Shown: positions 45,001 to 56,300 of the stretch, piece after piece | Position numbering within the stretch: position 1 is the stretch's first letter | How the letters are laid out: each line of letters opens with the position of its first letter | Assembly: GCA_004431415.1 (NCBI GenBank) | Contig: QPMI01000526.1 | Location: forward strand, 186,001 to 250,000 | Length of the DNA: 64,000 bases | DNA from: Cyanophora paradoxa CCMP329 | Lineage: Eukaryota; Plantae; Glaucophyta | Direction: 5' to 3' | Notes under the pieces: generated by a model | What the model saw: the letters and a program-made list of their open reading frames with translations, nothing else | Told to the model about the DNA's origin: nothing | The model's database searches: none | Made by a program: the position numbers and the translations under genes

Positions 45001-48000
45001 GTCACGCCCGCCCCGTACAGGGCAGGGGCCGCGACGCTGAAGACGGATCTTGGGATGTGCATTGCCACGACGTAGCGCCGGTCGAGGCGCTCCGGGTCAG
45101 GCCAAGGCTCCGCCCGGGCAAGGTGCGGAACGCCGCATAGCGCGCGTGATTCGACATCAGCCGGTACTTACGGCGCTGCATTTGCGGCATGATCGCCGCC
45201 AGGGAGTTCCCGCGGGCGAGTTCGCTGGAGATGGGCGCGTTTAGGAACTCGGTCGGGAGCAGAGGCACCCCAAGCTTCTCCTGCAGTGCGCGCACCCGGT
45301 GCCGTACCCCCGAGCCAGCAGCGAGCCCTCGGGCGCGCAGAGCCGGATCTGAGCCTCTGTGATTTGCGCCTCCGCTTGCAGGTGGGCTGTTCGTTTGAGG
45401 CTGTACCCCCCGTGGCTCCAGATTGCGTAATTCGTCGTCGAGGCGGCGAGGTTCCCGTGGTGCTTGACGACCCTCATCCAAATACGATCGAGTTCCTGGC
45501 ACTGACTCTCGCTCAGGGTCATGAGCTTCAGGCCGTACGAGATGCGGGCCTGCACTACGGCCTCGACAAGGTAGCAGGCCTCGTTCGCGGTGAGCTTCTT
45601 GCGTTCTATCAGCGCGACTGCGCCCCGCGCCTGATCGCAGATGTACTGCCACTGACGATCCCAGTTCAGGTTTGCGCTCATGTATACCCCGAGGAGCTTG
45701 AAGTGCTCTTGGGGCTGGCGGACAAGTCCGACGGGGGTACCGTTGATCTTCGGCGGGGAGGCTGCTTCTCCTTCTTCTTCGCGGCGGGGTGGGCCCCAGG
45801 TTTGCTCTCAACTTCGCGACGTGCGTTGTTCCACGTGAAGATCGTCTTCTTCGCGTTGACCTCGATATCGTGCAGGCGGAAGAACTCGCCGGCCACGTCG
45901 GCCTGGCCTGTAGCCCCCGCATGCTTCCGCTCATCCACTTCGTGTCATCGGCGTACGCCACGCCGCTGACGCGGCCCGGCCCTCGCGTTCCGCAGCATCG
46001 GTCTCCCTCGGGTTCCCCATCACGTACGCCGTGCCCGGCTCCTCCCAGCTCTCGGGGTGGGCATAGTGCTCTATCGTCTTTGCCGTCTTCTTTCCGTGCT
46101 GGCGCTCGTGCTGATCCAGGCGCTCTTGCGCGCAGAGGAGGGCATCGTAGAAGATCAGCCAGTGCAGCGGCGACTCGACACCGCCCTGCGGCAGCCCGCA
46201 CTCGAGCTCGAACTCGTCGGAGAGGCCGTGACCGGAGATTGCCCGCGCCCTGCGGCGCCGGAATATGTTCCTGTGGAGCTCGATGTACCCCTCGGGTACG
46301 TTCAGCCTCCGCATCGAGAGCTCCATGCTCTCCCACGAGACGGAGTCGTACGCTCGCCTGATATCCTGCAGCAGGATGTACAGGGGCTTCTTGAACTCCT
46401 TCGCGTCCTCGAGGACTGCGTTAAAGACGTGGAGGGCGTCGTCCGTCGAGCAACCAGGTCTGAAGCCGTAGTTGGCCCCTTTCAGGAGCCCGTTCTGATG
46501 GATTGTCCGGGACAGGCGCGCGTTCAGGAGGCCAGTGGTCAGCTTCAAGGCCACCTCCTGCAGGGTGATCGGTCGCAGGTTATTTTCGATATCCCCGTCC
46601 CACTCCCGGCTCTTAGTAATGCCGAGAATGTTGCCCTGACACACGGCATCCGGCAGGTCCCGGAGGCGGATCGCTTCAGCCACCAGCGAGAGCAGCAGCT
46701 TCCGGCCCCAGTGTACGGGCTCCTCTTCCGTGGCCTCCTCGGCGCTCTCGTCGGCTGGGCTCGGCCCTCCGGCGCTGGGCCACCGGCCTCGTCGCCCTTA
46801 CCGTCTTTGGGCTTCGGCTTGGGCACCGGCGCCCATAGGAACTTTACCATAGCATACGAGAAGTTCGACGGCCCGGCTGCCGTGTTTCTTAGCGTTTTAA
46901 TGTAGTCGCCGAGCTCGCCTTCGCTCGGCACCGACATGTCGTTTCGGAATAGTTCAGGATCCGCGTATGCTTTTGGCTCGTATTCCAACCTCCAGAAGTC
47001 GAGCAGTTCTTTCCCCATGCTATCCTTCAGCGCGCTTTCCGGTATTGTCTCTGGGGTGCAGCCCACGCGTGGGCGTCGGCGCCGGCACCATTTCCGCCAG
47101 TGCTCTTTTAGGAGTCGTTTCACTTCCTCAGGCTCCGTGTAGATTTCATACGTTTTTCCGTCCTTGGACACACGCGTGATGTGCATGATCGGGCGGTTTC
47201 GCGGCTTTTCTAGCACCGCGGCTATATAGGATCCGAGCTGGCGGCCGTCCATGAACTTGTCTAGCCTCTCTTTTAATGCCCTCTCGACGTCCTCCGCCTG
47301 GAGCGCCCGGCGGATTTTCTGCAGGTCGTGCCGCGTCCGGTTTCGCCATACTTTCAGCTCCCGGAAGAAGGTCGCCCAGTCTTCTTTGAGCTGCCGCCGG
47401 TGCACCTCGGCCCAGTCCTCTTCCTGATCAGCCGGGGGGGTACCTGGGGACCGGGTACGGCTGGGACCGGCGCGGGGCTACCGCTGCGCGAGCCTTGTGA
47501 GCTGTGCGAGCTCGAGTGCGCATGTGGGGATCCGGGCGGCGGTGAGCCTTGCTCAGCCCTTGCTTGGCGCCGTTCAGCCGGACGGAGCGGGAAGGGTCGG
47601 AGGCCTTCCCTGGCGGTCACGTAGTGCAGCAGCTTCTCGATCGCCTGGACCGTCAGCTCCGACGGGATCCCGCCTGGTTCCTTCCTCCAAGCAGCGAGAA
47701 TGCGGGCGACTCTGGCGTCGGCCTTCGCCTGCCACGGCAGGTTGCGCGGCTTGGTCGGCTTCCCCCCTCGGCCCCTCATGCATAGATGTTCCTTTGCCAC
47801 CTCCTGAACAAGGCTCGCGCACGCAGCGTGGATGCGGCTCAGTCGTTCGAGACGCTCTTCCGGCGTGCCCTCGCCGACGGCGTCAAGGTCCGCCCCGACA
47901 GCTTCGCCGAGCTGCCTGTTTAGCTCTCTTTTCAGCTCATCTTTCTCGTTTTGTGTGCGCTTCAGGCCGTCCGGGTCAAATACTGGTGGCCCGGGTTTCG

Positions 48001-50500
48001 GTTCTGGCTTCGGTCCCACCGGCGCTGTCATGCCCGCCTCCTTCAGGTCGAAGTCCGCGAACGCTGGATAGTGGTCCGAGTCGTGCGGCGCATCGACCCA
48101 CGCGGGGCACGTGTGCGCGCTGAGGAGCACGTGATCCAGTGATTCCGAGACCAGCACTGCATCGATGCGCGCCGCGTGCCAGAGCGCATCTTTTGGTAGG
48201 TCAGCCGGCGTTTCCTCCTCTGCTTCGCGTTCCGCGTCCTCTGACTCGTCTACGCCGTCTGACGGCACAGGTGCCGCCGCCGCCCCGACCGACGCCCCTT
48301 GGCCCTTGCTTCCGTGCGGGGTGCGGTGCGTGATCTCGCGTGCTCCGCAGAGAGTTCCGTCATCATGTTTCGCCGCGTGGGACATCCCGGCGTCGCGCAG
48401 GTCCCACGAGTCGATCATCGTGTGCCACCACTTCCGTTCGGCTTTGTGGCTCTGGGCCAGGGCGCCGTTTCGGATGCGCGAGCTCGACGGGACCGGGACC
48501 GAGTTCCAGTCTCCCAGGAGCAGCAGGTGCGCGTTTTCACGCTCGTAGAAGTCGTCGTACATCTTCGTCAGTTCTTCGACGACCTTCTCCTGATCCTGGC
48601 GATGCGCAGCTTTGCTCTCGGACGCGGGCATGTACACGCTCGCCACGAAGAGCTGGAGGTTCCCTTTGAAGCGGAGCTCGAATCCGATCAGCCGGCCCTG
48701 GACCTCGTACTTCGTCGTGAGGTGCTTGACCCATTGCGGCGCGACCCAGAGAGCGGCGCCGCTCCCTCGCGTTCCGTCTCCTGATTTTAGCGTGTACAGG
48801 AGCTTTCCGTGCGTTATCGCGCCTTCCGGCTGGAGCGGGTCCTCCCCTCTCGACCTCAGGGCGGCGGCCATCTGGGGCCTTGTCATCGACAGCTCCTGCA
48901 CGCCCGCTACATCGACGTCCCAGCGGCAGCAGAATTCTTCTAGCTGCTGCAGCTTGTAGGCGCTGGACCCTCTCGTGTTGAAGGTCATGGTCCTCAGCAC
49001 CCCGTCCGGTTTCTGCTTCCTGATAGCCGGCTCGTCCCCTATGAAGTCGCCACCTTCGGGGAACAGTCTGGGGGAAAGACATTCTCCAGACGGAGCGTCG
49101 CAGCCGCCGCGGGTCCCGCGCCCCGGCCTTCTTGTTCAGCTGCAGCTTGGTTGCATTTTGTTTCTTTTGGCCCGTCGGCTTGCTGCCGGACGCCTTTGTA
49201 GGTGGGGCTGCTTTTGCCGCGGCGGGGGCCGCGGCCGCAGATTTAGTTTTCTTTTTCATTTAGTAACATTAGATGCGTGGACTTTTTGCATCCCAGTGCC
49301 CCCGCGGATGTGCACGGGAAAGCTATGACCTGCGGGGCAGATACCGGTGGTGCGGTTGACAAGGCCTGAGCGGGGAGGTTACAGGCAAGCTTAAGCCTGC
49401 TAGAAGTGAAGGGATTCTCATTGTCAGAGCACAGAGCACAGAGGGAGCACAAAGGGCGGTGGCTAGCGATGCTCATGATCAAATCTAGACGCCGGCTAGC
49501 GCTGCGGCAACGGCCGCTTGCTGGGGGCACGCGCATATGCAGCCGGGCGGAGCGCGGGCCAGCGACGAGGTCAAAAGGGCTTCCTCGGACAAGTCTTCGA
49601 CTTGCAGGTCGTACTGGCTATGGTCTGATAGCGACGCATGCGCAGCTGGGCTGCTCTGCGCAACGAAGACGTGAACGTCAACGTGCAATCTCGAGGGCAG
49701 CAGGGATTCGTCGGCAGCACTTCTTTCAGAGACTAAGGCGGCATCCGGGCGCGGCGTGGTCGCCGGCAGGAACTGGCATGGATCGTTTGCACTGCGGGCA
49801 CGACTGAGTCGCCGGAGCTTGACCCGGGGCCGGGAAAAGCTCGATCGGCGAAGAGACATTCCGAATCACGACTCGAAAGTCGGAGATCAAATTCCGTGGG
49901 CGCCCGGCGGGCCACCGAGCAACAAGCGAAATCCCGGCGGGCCGAACGGACGTACGCGGCGGCGGCGGGGGATCTAAGTCTATGTTTTAGAGGGTCTGGG
50001 CATGTGCACGCCGCCGCGAGGGAGCTTGCGCAGGCAGCGGGGGCACGAGAACTATTCAAATTTCGGGAACCTGGCGCGCGCCAGAGGGCTTCCCCTGACT
50101 GAGAACAACTTCTATTCCATGGATTTGGTGGCGAAAGGTCCGATTTTAGAGCGAAACGCGAGAGGACGGCCGGCATACCTCCATCTCCGGAATTCCGTTG
50201 ATGTCGATACCACCGGGCGCGCCAGGGGCTACCGAATGCTTCTACGCTAGCTGTTGTATACGCATGGACCTCACACCCGGGCAATTCCGCTTCGCTCCAT
50301 AGCCCCCGATTCCATGCGTTTAAAGTGATTACCTCTAGTAATTGCTAAGAATTTTCACCTCACACGTCTACCCCGCCGATCCAGCAACGTCTACCGGCCC
50401 ACTCCCTAGGTGGAAGCCAAGCAATATCTGACGACTATACAAGGCAGAGGAGACAACAAGAATAGGCGAAGAGGAGCGCTGCCCCCATGAGCGCGGTCTG
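42018..50500 (-). mobile_element. Non-LTR retrotransposon (LINE-like; APE-RT-RNase H), boundaries approximate
   Basis: Intronless GC-rich block carrying a fragmented polyprotein ORF and a long 5' region. No LTRs, poly(A) tail or confident TSD seen. Confidence 0.88.
42267..49259 (-). CDS. Retrotransposon polyprotein: AP endonuclease, reverse transcriptase, RNase H, CCHC zinc knuckle; about 8 or more frameshifts
   Basis: APE: MTFNTRG, GVQE, SVYMP, LLGDWN, RIDAVL, SDHYP. RT: LRPITL, YGFRPG, QDIRRAYDSV, GLPQGGVESP, AYADD, FKLLGVYM. RNase H: IWTDGS, NNKAEL, HTDSQ, VKAH, NDAAD. Zinc knuckle: CALC..ETLEHVLTC. Confidence 0.92.
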
Positions 50501-50522
50501 CAGAGCAACGTGGCAGAATAGT

Positions 50523-50777
50523 CTAGACGATATTAATGTGTACAATGAAGCTATCAGAGGAAACACGTTTAGCTTAATTTTAGGCGAAAATGAAGTGTAC
50601 ATCGAAGCTAACAGAGGAAACACGTTTAGGTTAATTTTAGGCGATATAGATGAGTACGATGAAGCTAACAGAGGAAGCACGTTTAGGTTAATTTTAGGCG
50701 AAATGATGAGAACATTGAAGCAACCAGAGGAAAAGCGTTTAGCTCTATCTAGGCGATATGAATGAGTACATTGAAGC
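50523..50777. repeat. ~57-bp tandem repeat, about 4.5 copies
   Basis: Consensus approximately TAGGCGAtATgaTGaGTACAtTGAAGCTAaCAGAGGAAAcaCGTTTAGgTTAATTT, with units starting ~50524, 50581, 50638, 50695, 50750. Confidence 0.9.
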
Positions 50778-50817
50778 ACTTTGTGCCCAAAGAGCGCTCT
50801 GGTGCGGCCTCATCCAC

Positions 50818-51153
50818 TTAATCTGGCTGCTTTTCCGAAACTGGAGTCTTCTCCTTTCTGAAACTTGATAGCAAGGACTTTCTTCTTTTCATTGGCTTCG
50901 GGATATCTGGGGGAGGCCACGACAATCTTCGGCCTTCAGCATCAAGCCAAGGTACAGGTGAATCAGTTCGAGTAAATGGAGAATTGGACCTAGAAGTCCT
51001 GGGTGTGTTGATAGGCGAAGCCTGAGCTTCTGGGGTGCGAGAGCCCTCAGTGTCCGATATTTCGAGGTTAATGGTCGTCTCGCAGCAACTACAATTCAAT
51101 TTGCTGGTGACGTTGAGATGGAACATATCCATGAATTTTCGAAGCAAATCCAT
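50818..51153 (-). CDS. Hypothetical viral protein (111 aa) with CSCC motif and Ser/Pro/Arg-rich tail
   Basis: ATG ORF with an AT-rich leader, co-oriented with the upstream viral gene cluster. Confidence 0.6.
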   Translation of the reverse strand: MDLLRKFMDMFHLNVTSKLNCSCCETTINLEISDTEGSRTPEAQASPINTPRTSRSNSPFTRTDSPVPWLDAEGRRLSWPPPDIPKPMKRRKSLLSSFRKEKTPVSEKQPD

Positions 51154-51191
51154 CTATTAATGGAAAAATATAAAAAAACAAAGGAATGCGG

Positions 51192-52016
51192 CTATGGAGC
51201 CGTATCGCTGCCGAATATAGGAAAATACCTGTTTGTACCAACATATTCTGCATATGTGTTCTGTTTAGCAATAGCATCGGTTCTTTCAGCATAAAGGATG
51301 CATTTGTAGATACCAAACCTGGTTGCTCTCACCAAGAACTGGTAGTCTTCAAGGCCGAAATTTACACCATGATAAGCGATCCCGAAATTATCATAAGGAG
51401 TTATTACCACCGTAATATTGGGTGTCCCACCTTCTACTTGACAGAGTGCATAAATATCTGGTGGAATATCGACTACTACCTTATAATGATCACCAATTTC
51501 AACCAGAGAATCAACTACTGATGTTTGCTCATTAACAACGATTGGAAAGATCTTTATAATATACGGTGCATTCATACCGGGGACATACGTCCGAATCCGC
51601 GTCAGATTGTCGATCGGGTTTGGCGTGTCGTTTACGAAGAGAGGAGCTCCAATAGCTCCGCCAACACGAAGACCATCACCAATATATGCGCCGCCATTTC
51701 GGCAGTTAATAGCTCCCAAACGAGATTCGAAAGAATAAGTCGAAAGAGGGGCGCCATAACTATCTGGATCGCCATAATTTGCGCTAAAATTTGCATTTGT
51801 GACAAGAAGTTTCGTTGTCTTAACTATACCATTATTTTTATCACACCGGAGTTCCTGCAATCTAAGTTTATGTGTAGATCCAAAGGTATTCATGGTTGGT
51901 TGAACCTCTGTTGATTGTAGACCTTCCACATCGTCAAAAGTAGCGTGTTGTAAAACGTGGGTAGCTGGGGCGGCGAGTGAGAGCTGAGCTGTAAGGATGC
52001 GTTCAATTTCAGCCAT
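51192..52016 (-). CDS. Putative virion/fibre-associated protein, paralogue A
   Basis: Shares ELRxDKNxGxVKTTxLLVxNANF and GGA[YF]IGxGxR with 52040..52894. The C-terminal VDIPP..VVITPY..FG..LYAERTD resembles the ends of phage tail proteins (from memory, unverified). Confidence 0.6.
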   Translation of the reverse strand: MAEIERILTAQLSLAAPATHVLQHATFDDVEGLQSTEVQPTMNTFGSTHKLRLQELRCDKNNGIVKTTKLLVTNANFSANYGDPDSYGAPLSTYSFESRLGAINCRNGGAYIGDGLRVGGAIGAPLFVNDTPNPIDNLTRIRTYVPGMNAPYIIKIFPIVVNEQTSVVDSLVEIGDHYKVVVDIPPDIYALCQVEGGTPNITVVITPYDNFGIAYHGVNFGLEDYQFLVRATRFGIYKCILYAERTDAIAKQNTYAEYVGTNRYFPIFGSDTAP

Positions 52017-52039
52017 TTTACATTAAAGTAATATAAATT

Positions 52040-52894
52040 TTACGGAGTAGGATCGTCAATAACATCTGGCTCCTGGTAAAATCCGGTTGTAAAGATATCA
52101 GCAACATTCACACCACGAAGTGCCGAAACAGCTGCTATATCTGTTCTGAGTCCCATAATCATAGTATTGTAAACTCCTACATCAGTGACAAACAGATCAT
52201 AAGTAAATGTCAAATTGTTATATACACAATATCCCCGACCGAAATGATTTGATGCTTGAACAAAGAAAAGGTAATTGTGACCTGGTTGATTGTTGTTTGC
52301 TCTGCACATCGAAAGCATTGCTGTGGGAAGAGGAATATTCCTTCTCACACGATCAGTTCCTGTAATGGAAACCAACTCTGAATTTTCAAGAGTGACAGAT
52401 GATGCAACATAGAAGTGAAGAAAAGGTTGCTGTGCAACTGGTGTATAGAACCGAATTCGTTGTGGATTTTCAACATTTTGTTCAAGGGAATCCGGGACAT
52501 CATTGTATGCAATCGAAGAAGAGAGTTGACCTGAAATTCTGCAGCCACCGCCAATAAAAGCTCCTCCTGATCTCACAGTAACAGCAGCAGAATTCTTATC
52601 GAAGTCAAGGGCTTTCAGATCAACACCATAAGCATCAGGGCCACCATTAGTTGGTTGGAAGAAGTTGGCATTAGATACGAGTAGTCGAGTTGTTTTAACC
52701 ACACCTGAGTTCTTGTCAGCTCGAAGTTCTTTTACTCGAATCATTGAGTTTTTGTCAAAAGAGTTACCATTCGAATTAGGTCGTTCAGTGGATTCCAGAC
52801 CGCGAACCTCATCATTGACTTCGTGTTGGCGAAAATGATTTGCAGGGGATCCAAGTGAATAGATAGGTAACTGAACCCGATTATATTCGCCCAT
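52040..52894 (-). CDS. Putative virion/fibre-associated protein, paralogue B
   Basis: Clear paralogue of 51192..52016 along its whole length. Confidence 0.6.
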   Translation of the reverse strand: MGEYNRVQLPIYSLGSPANHFRQHEVNDEVRGLESTERPNSNGNSFDKNSMIRVKELRADKNSGVVKTTRLLVSNANFFQPTNGGPDAYGVDLKALDFDKNSAAVTVRSGGAFIGGGCRISGQLSSSIAYNDVPDSLEQNVENPQRIRFYTPVAQQPFLHFYVASSVTLENSELVSITGTDRVRRNIPLPTAMLSMCRANNNQPGHNYLFFVQASNHFGRGYCVYNNLTFTYDLFVTDVGVYNTMIMGLRTDIAAVSALRGVNVADIFTTGFYQEPDVIDDPTP

Positions 52895-52910
52895 TGCTTA
52901 TTTTACTAAG

Positions 52911-52946
52911 AAGGAAAGAAAAAAAAGTCGGCAGACAAGCCAAACT
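52911..52946 (-). terminator. CTTGT-motif hairpin followed by a T-tract, downstream of 52951..53259
   Basis: The minus strand reads AGTTTGGCTTGTCTGCCGAC-TTTTTTTT just after the stop codon. Confidence 0.5.
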
Positions 52947-52950
52947 ACCA

Positions 52951-53259
52951 TCAAGCCAAAGTGATTAGATTCGCTCCAAGGGCTTGGTAAGCAACAGAAA
53001 GAGCTTGAATATTGGCTGTCATTGCTTTGATATTGCTATCGCACTCAGAGTATTTAGCAACAGGATCACCATAAGCCGATTGCGCAAGGACATTAACCAA
53101 GAGGTTTTTATATTCATGAACAACTGGGGACAGTTTGTTAGTTTGTTGTATCGTTTTTTCGACAGTTTGTAGTGCTGCTACAAGTTTGATAGTATCGAAT
53201 GCAAGAGCGACAGGCTCAGAAGTAGTGGAAGGAGATCCACCGAGTGGATACGTCGCCAT
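52951..53259 (-). CDS. Hypothetical helical protein (102 aa)
   Basis: ATG ORF preceded by AGTATAATAA and followed by a hairpin plus T-tract. Confidence 0.65.
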   Translation of the reverse strand: MATYPLGGSPSTTSEPVALAFDTIKLVAALQTVEKTIQQTNKLSPVVHEYKNLLVNVLAQSAYGDPVAKYSECDSNIKAMTANIQALSVAYQALGANLITLA

Positions 53260-53304
53260 TTATTATACTGAGACATTTTTATTACGGCAGTTAAGCAGCC
53301 TGAC

Positions 53305-53335
53305 CGCAGGCGAGCTAGCTTGTCTAGCGACTGCG
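53305..53335 (+). promoter_or_regulatory. CTTGT-loop hairpin with GA/GA internal loop overlapping the fibre stop codon
   Basis: CGCAG-GC-GA-GCTAG-CTTGT-CTAGC-GA-CTGCG. Confidence 0.65.
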
Positions 53336-56300
53336 CCATTGGTCTATTTGATCTTGTAAACTCTTGCATTTCTGGGATAATTCTTTAACGGCTTCTATGA
53401 GAACAGGAACCAATGCTGTGTATTCAATTGCTAACAACCCATCCTTTCCTTTTCCAACAACTTCTGGTATCACTTTCTCCACATCTTGTGCTATTAGTCC
53501 TAAACAGGTTCTACCATTTTGGGTATCTTTTTTCTTGTAAGACACCCCTTCTAATCTTTCAATTGCTGGCAACGCCCCTGTTAGCTTCTTAATATCTGTT
53601 TTGTATCTCCTATCACTTGCAAGGTATTGTGTCCTTACCCAAAATGTCCCTACATTATCCAACGAAGCCATATCCCAATCATTTGCATCTCTCCACACAC
53701 AAACATATGTTCCATGTCCTCTTATATATGTTGTTCCATCACTGGAAAAATAGAAACGGGAATAGCCTTCTGTTGATGCTAACCATGTGTTATGCGACCA
53801 TACTGCTGTTCCTGGTTTACTGAACACATTATCCCAACTGATCATCCCATTTGCTGGTGCTGTTCTTCCTACTTCTTTTGTCCATCCAATCATCCCAATG
53901 TGACATCTCCCCTTTCTTGCAATAAATCGAATATGTGAGAAATTCGCACAAAAGAAGGATGTCCATGTTAACCCATCATGCCAATTTGAATCGGCTACAT
54001 TTGAAATATTCTGATAGGTATTTACTCGCATTATGTGATTCCATCTATTGTTTCGATAACCTCCAATATCGAAATATCTGCAATTTGTCCAACAGAAATA
54101 TTGGACATGACATGTTCGCATTCCACTGGGAACTTCCATTTGCATGTAGTCACCACTTGTGGTATCATTTTCGATGTTACTATAAAATCCTTCTACTGGA
54201 TTGTCTGTTGTAGGTTTCCAACCTGTTCCCCAAGATCCTATAAAATAAACAGTCGCACTATTCCATCCTGAAACCACATCAAAACTGGTAATATTTCCGA
54301 TTGAATTAGTGACATCTGTTAACGACAGATAAGATGTAGGAATAGTAGGTTTACTATAAACTTTATTCCAATGAATAAAACCGGTGTGTCCACCATATGA
54401 ACTACTATTAGCTCGATCGTGTGTAAAACCTATTCCCATAATGTGAACTCTTCCAACTTTGGGATAAATACGAATGTGAGTAAATCGACCGGCAAGGAAG
54501 ATTGGGACATTATTAATTCCATTGTGGTAACCGTCGCTATTGCCGTCATGTGGCTGATAGTTATTAACTCTCGTAATAAATACAGTTGTTGCATTACTAC
54601 GGACTCCCCAAATTTCAAAATAACGGCAATTATACCATGGTAAATGTGTAAGGAATGCTGTCCCATTTACTAATGCTGCTGGGATTGTGTATTGAATCCA
54701 AGTAGTTGTAGGAACTGCTGTATCATCGGATTCACTGTTATATGCATAACTTCCATAATTATATCCTGGATCCCAAGAGTTTCCATATCCAACTATCCAA
54801 GTTCCGCTCGATAACTGATAAGCGCCACCTGCTACTGTGTCATCAAAAGCATAACATTTCGGAACGTCATAACCATTTCTTTTTAGTGTTGCAACATCTA
54901 TGGTTGTTGCATTTATAGTAGTTGCTGTAATTGATGCTGCGCTTACACTTGTAGTGACATTTAAACCTCTTCCTATCCATAAATTACCATTATTATATGA
55001 TTTTAATAATGCTAAATCGGAGCCATTGCGAAACTCCACACATACATTTTCAGAGTTTCCATATCCTCGTATATATGTGCAATCATTATTACCGAACCAA
55101 AATCTTTCTATATTGTCTGTTGATTTTAACCATGTGTTAGTTGTCCATTTTGCTGTTGCTGGAAGGTCTGCGGCTGAGTAAAATGACGGTTTGCTAAATA
55201 TATTATCCCAAGAGATCATGCCCAATTCATTATCTGTTGCTCTCTGTCTGCTCCACCCAAAAACACCTGTGAGATGAATGCGACCTTTTCGACCTTGAAT
55301 ATATATCTTTGTGTAAAATTCGCAATTGATAGAAGTGAACAAAATAGTATTATTGGTTCCATCATTATTAACTGATTGGATTCCTTGATAATCATTAACT
55401 CGTTTTAAGAAATGTTGATATCCATTCACAGTTTGCCCGTAAATATCAAAGTATCTACCATTATACCACGGCATGTGCTGGATGTAAAACGATTTCATAC
55501 CTTCTGGAACTGTCCAACGCATAAAACAAGCGCTACAATCTTCATCATTTTGTGGTGTTGTATAACATCCTGTTTGTCCGGTTCTTGGTGTCCATCCTAA
55601 GTTCCAATTATTTGCGCTCCTGTCTGTCGAAACCACATCTAATTGGTCGAAATCGTAACCTTTTGGTATTGTGGTTTCACCAATTTGTAGAGTGGTAGCA
55701 TTCACAGTTCCTGTAATAGTTCCACCTGTTAGAGGTAGATAATTAGCAAGAGCTGACGTTAATTCGGTATCTGTAACAAAATCTGTAACAGCTAATTGTA
55801 ATTCTGTATTTGTAACATAATCTTTGTTTTCTAAATAATCATCTGTAACAACACCGGAAATGGTGGTATTGTGTAAGTTTTTCGCCGCCATTCTCTGATT
55901 GACTTCTAAGGCGCCACCTGATGTTGTTTTTATCCACGCCATCTCACATTTCCCGTGATCATCTGTGGGTTGTCCCACAACAGGAAGGTAGTTTACAACT
56001 TTCTCCCTTGTGAAAACTATCTTAGGTCTTGCTCCATCATATGCGCTTTGATCTGTTACATTTACTTGTATCGCTGCTGAAAAATCCGCTACTTGTCCTG
56101 TTTCACCCGGGTGATAATTCGTGACATAGATACTGGGGAAAGTATCATTAATTCCTACATTAAAATCGCCACTATACACTCCATTTACGATTGGATCCCT
56201 GGGTAATCTTACTGCAAGAGTTCCCACCATCGGTGTGCCGTCTTGACCTGTAAATGAACCATTGAGACTAACATAATGATCATTCAAAATAGCCTTTCAG

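Noticed and set aside
42010-50417. GTGGAAGC at 42010 and 50410 as the LINE target-site duplication
   Set aside because: An 8-mer match is expected by chance when two windows of a few hundred bases are compared. Kept only as an unconfirmed candidate.
42018-50500. Ngaro/DIRS or LTR retrotransposon
   Set aside because: No tyrosine recombinase, integrase, LTRs or split direct repeats were seen, and an AP endonuclease is present.
50523-50777. CRISPR array
   Set aside because: The units are contiguous degenerate tandem copies without unique spacers, there are no cas genes, and the context is eukaryotic.
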